Assembly: GCA_030704615.1 (NCBI GenBank)
Contig: CM060733.1
Coordinates: forward strand, 28,024,001-28,088,000
Direction: 5' to 3'
From: Takakia lepidozioides
Taxonomy: Eukaryota > Plantae > Bryophyta
DNA length: 64,000 bases
The notes under the pieces are model-generated. The model was not told the origin of the DNA and searched no databases. It saw only the letters and a program-made list of their open reading frames with translations. Each line of letters begins with the position of its first letter. Within the stretch, counting starts at the first letter, position 1. This document shows, piece after piece, positions 62,801 to 64,000 of this stretch. A program made the translations under genes and the position numbers.

Positions 62801-64000
62801 GTATGGTTCATATGAGTTATTGGTGATGCCTTTTGGGCTCACCAATGCACCAGCGACATTTAGCATGCTAATGAACAGCCTTTTCCAAGAGTGGTTGATG
62901 ACTTTGTGATCGTGTACATCGACGACATCTTGGTGTATTCGAAAACAAGGACTTTGTGATCGTGTACATCGACGACATCTTGGTGTATTCGAAAACAAGG
63001 AGGGCCACCTGGAGTCACCTCAAAAGGGTGTTCCAGAAATTGCGAGAAGGGAAGCTGTATGCCAAAGCTTCAAAGTGCGAATTCGGGGTCAGAAAAGTGA
63101 GTTCCTGGGGCATGTGATTACACAGGATGGGATCAGAATGGATGACAGGAAGGTGAGGGCAATTTTGGACTGGGAGCCTCCGACTTCCCGTCCCGGGAGT
63201 GCGATCCTTCCTAGGACTTGTCTCCTATTACCACGGAAGTATGTGAGAAACTTTGCCAAATCGCGGGGGCCGCTGTCAGACCTTCTGTGTAAATCTAAAG
63301 TCTGGGCATGGAACACCTTTGTGGCCAAGCTTTTGGGCTGAATTGAAGCAGCGGATGGCGGAAGCTCCAGTCTTGAAAATCCCGGAGTTCGATCGTCCGT
63401 TCGAGATACATACAGATGCGTCGGACTTCGCGATTGGGGGTGTACTGATGCAAGATGGACGACCACTGGTTACGAAAGTAAGAAACTGAATGAAGTGGAG
63501 CCCAGTGGCCGACGCACGAGAAAGAGATGAAGGCGGTGGTGCCACTGTCTTGAGCTTTGGCGCCACTATATTGGTTCCAACCGGTGAGGTGTTCACGGAC
63601 AATGTCACGGTGAAGTATTTTGCCACGCAGCCCAAGTTGTCCCCAAAACAACTTAGGTGGCAAGATACTTTGGCGGTGTTCGACGTGGATATCCAGTACA
63701 AACCGGGACGAGACAACGTGGTGGCCGATGCTCTAAGTAGAAGCGCAGCAGCTCTTGTTGGTGTACAAGGGCGAGACGGCGCTCCAAAGGAAGATCCGGA
63801 AGGCTTGCCGGAAGGATGAGCTGCTGGCGAAGTCCGTGATGCAGGACTTGAGGATGGGGGTTAAATCGCAGTTCCACTTACAAAATGGACTGCTCCGGTA
63901 TAAGCAAAAGCGTCTTACTTGCCGAAGGGAGGGATCAGAGATAGCCTCTTGAGAGAATGCCATGATAGCCCGCTTGCGGGCCACGGCGGAGCCAAGCGCA
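59864..64000 (+). mobile_element. Ty3/gypsy (chromovirus-like) LTR retrotransposon, degenerate, runs off the window
   Basis: 5' LTR 59864-60601 (TG...CA), PBS TGGTATCAGAGC at 60604 (tRNA-iMet), gag, zinc knuckle CFNCGEPGHMAKKC, protease LLVDTGASHSF, RT ([48 protein letters not shown]), RNase H (TDASDFAIGGVLMQ, YKPGRDNVVADALSR) and integrase start. Many frameshifts. Confidence 0.96.
62900..63000 (+). repeat. Perfect 50-bp tandem duplication in RT
   Basis: ACTTTGTGATCGTGTACATCGACGACATCTTGGTGTATTCGAAAACAAGG at 62901 and 62951. Confidence 0.95.

Overview
Eukaryotic nuclear DNA from a land plant, most likely a non-seed plant (bryophyte, lycophyte or fern). This is inferred from spliceosomal genes, PLS-type PPR sequence and Tcn1/Tf-like chromovirus remnants. 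The left half carries three intact intron-containing genes: an F-box/kelch-type gene (+, 2 exons), LSM1 (-, 5 exons) and a very long LONGIFOLIA/TRM-family gene (-, 6 coding exons, about 1635 aa). It also holds an orphan VPS2 exon and a possible decayed MBD9-like relic. The right half (about 37-64 kb) is a nested transposon graveyard: a pogo-like DDE transposase broken by a solo LTR, a 5.7-kb hAT element with perfect 8-bp TSDs carrying a captured PPR fragment, hAT MITEs, tRNA-derived SINEs, a TTAA/CCC..GGG piggyBac-like MITE, a Harbinger relic, a SWIM-finger element and two Ty3/gypsy lineages. The most interesting signals are: (i) an LTR whose predicted transcript 5' end is complementary to its own PBS (Tf1-type self-priming), with a U3 anti-primer hairpin that could act as a switch; (ii) the Pack-hAT; (iii) piggyBac-like ends in a plant; and (iv) more than 10 micro-insertions of a LINE/SINE 3' stem-loop concentrated in and upstream of the TRM gene. 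All calls come from reading the sequence by eye; no database search was run.
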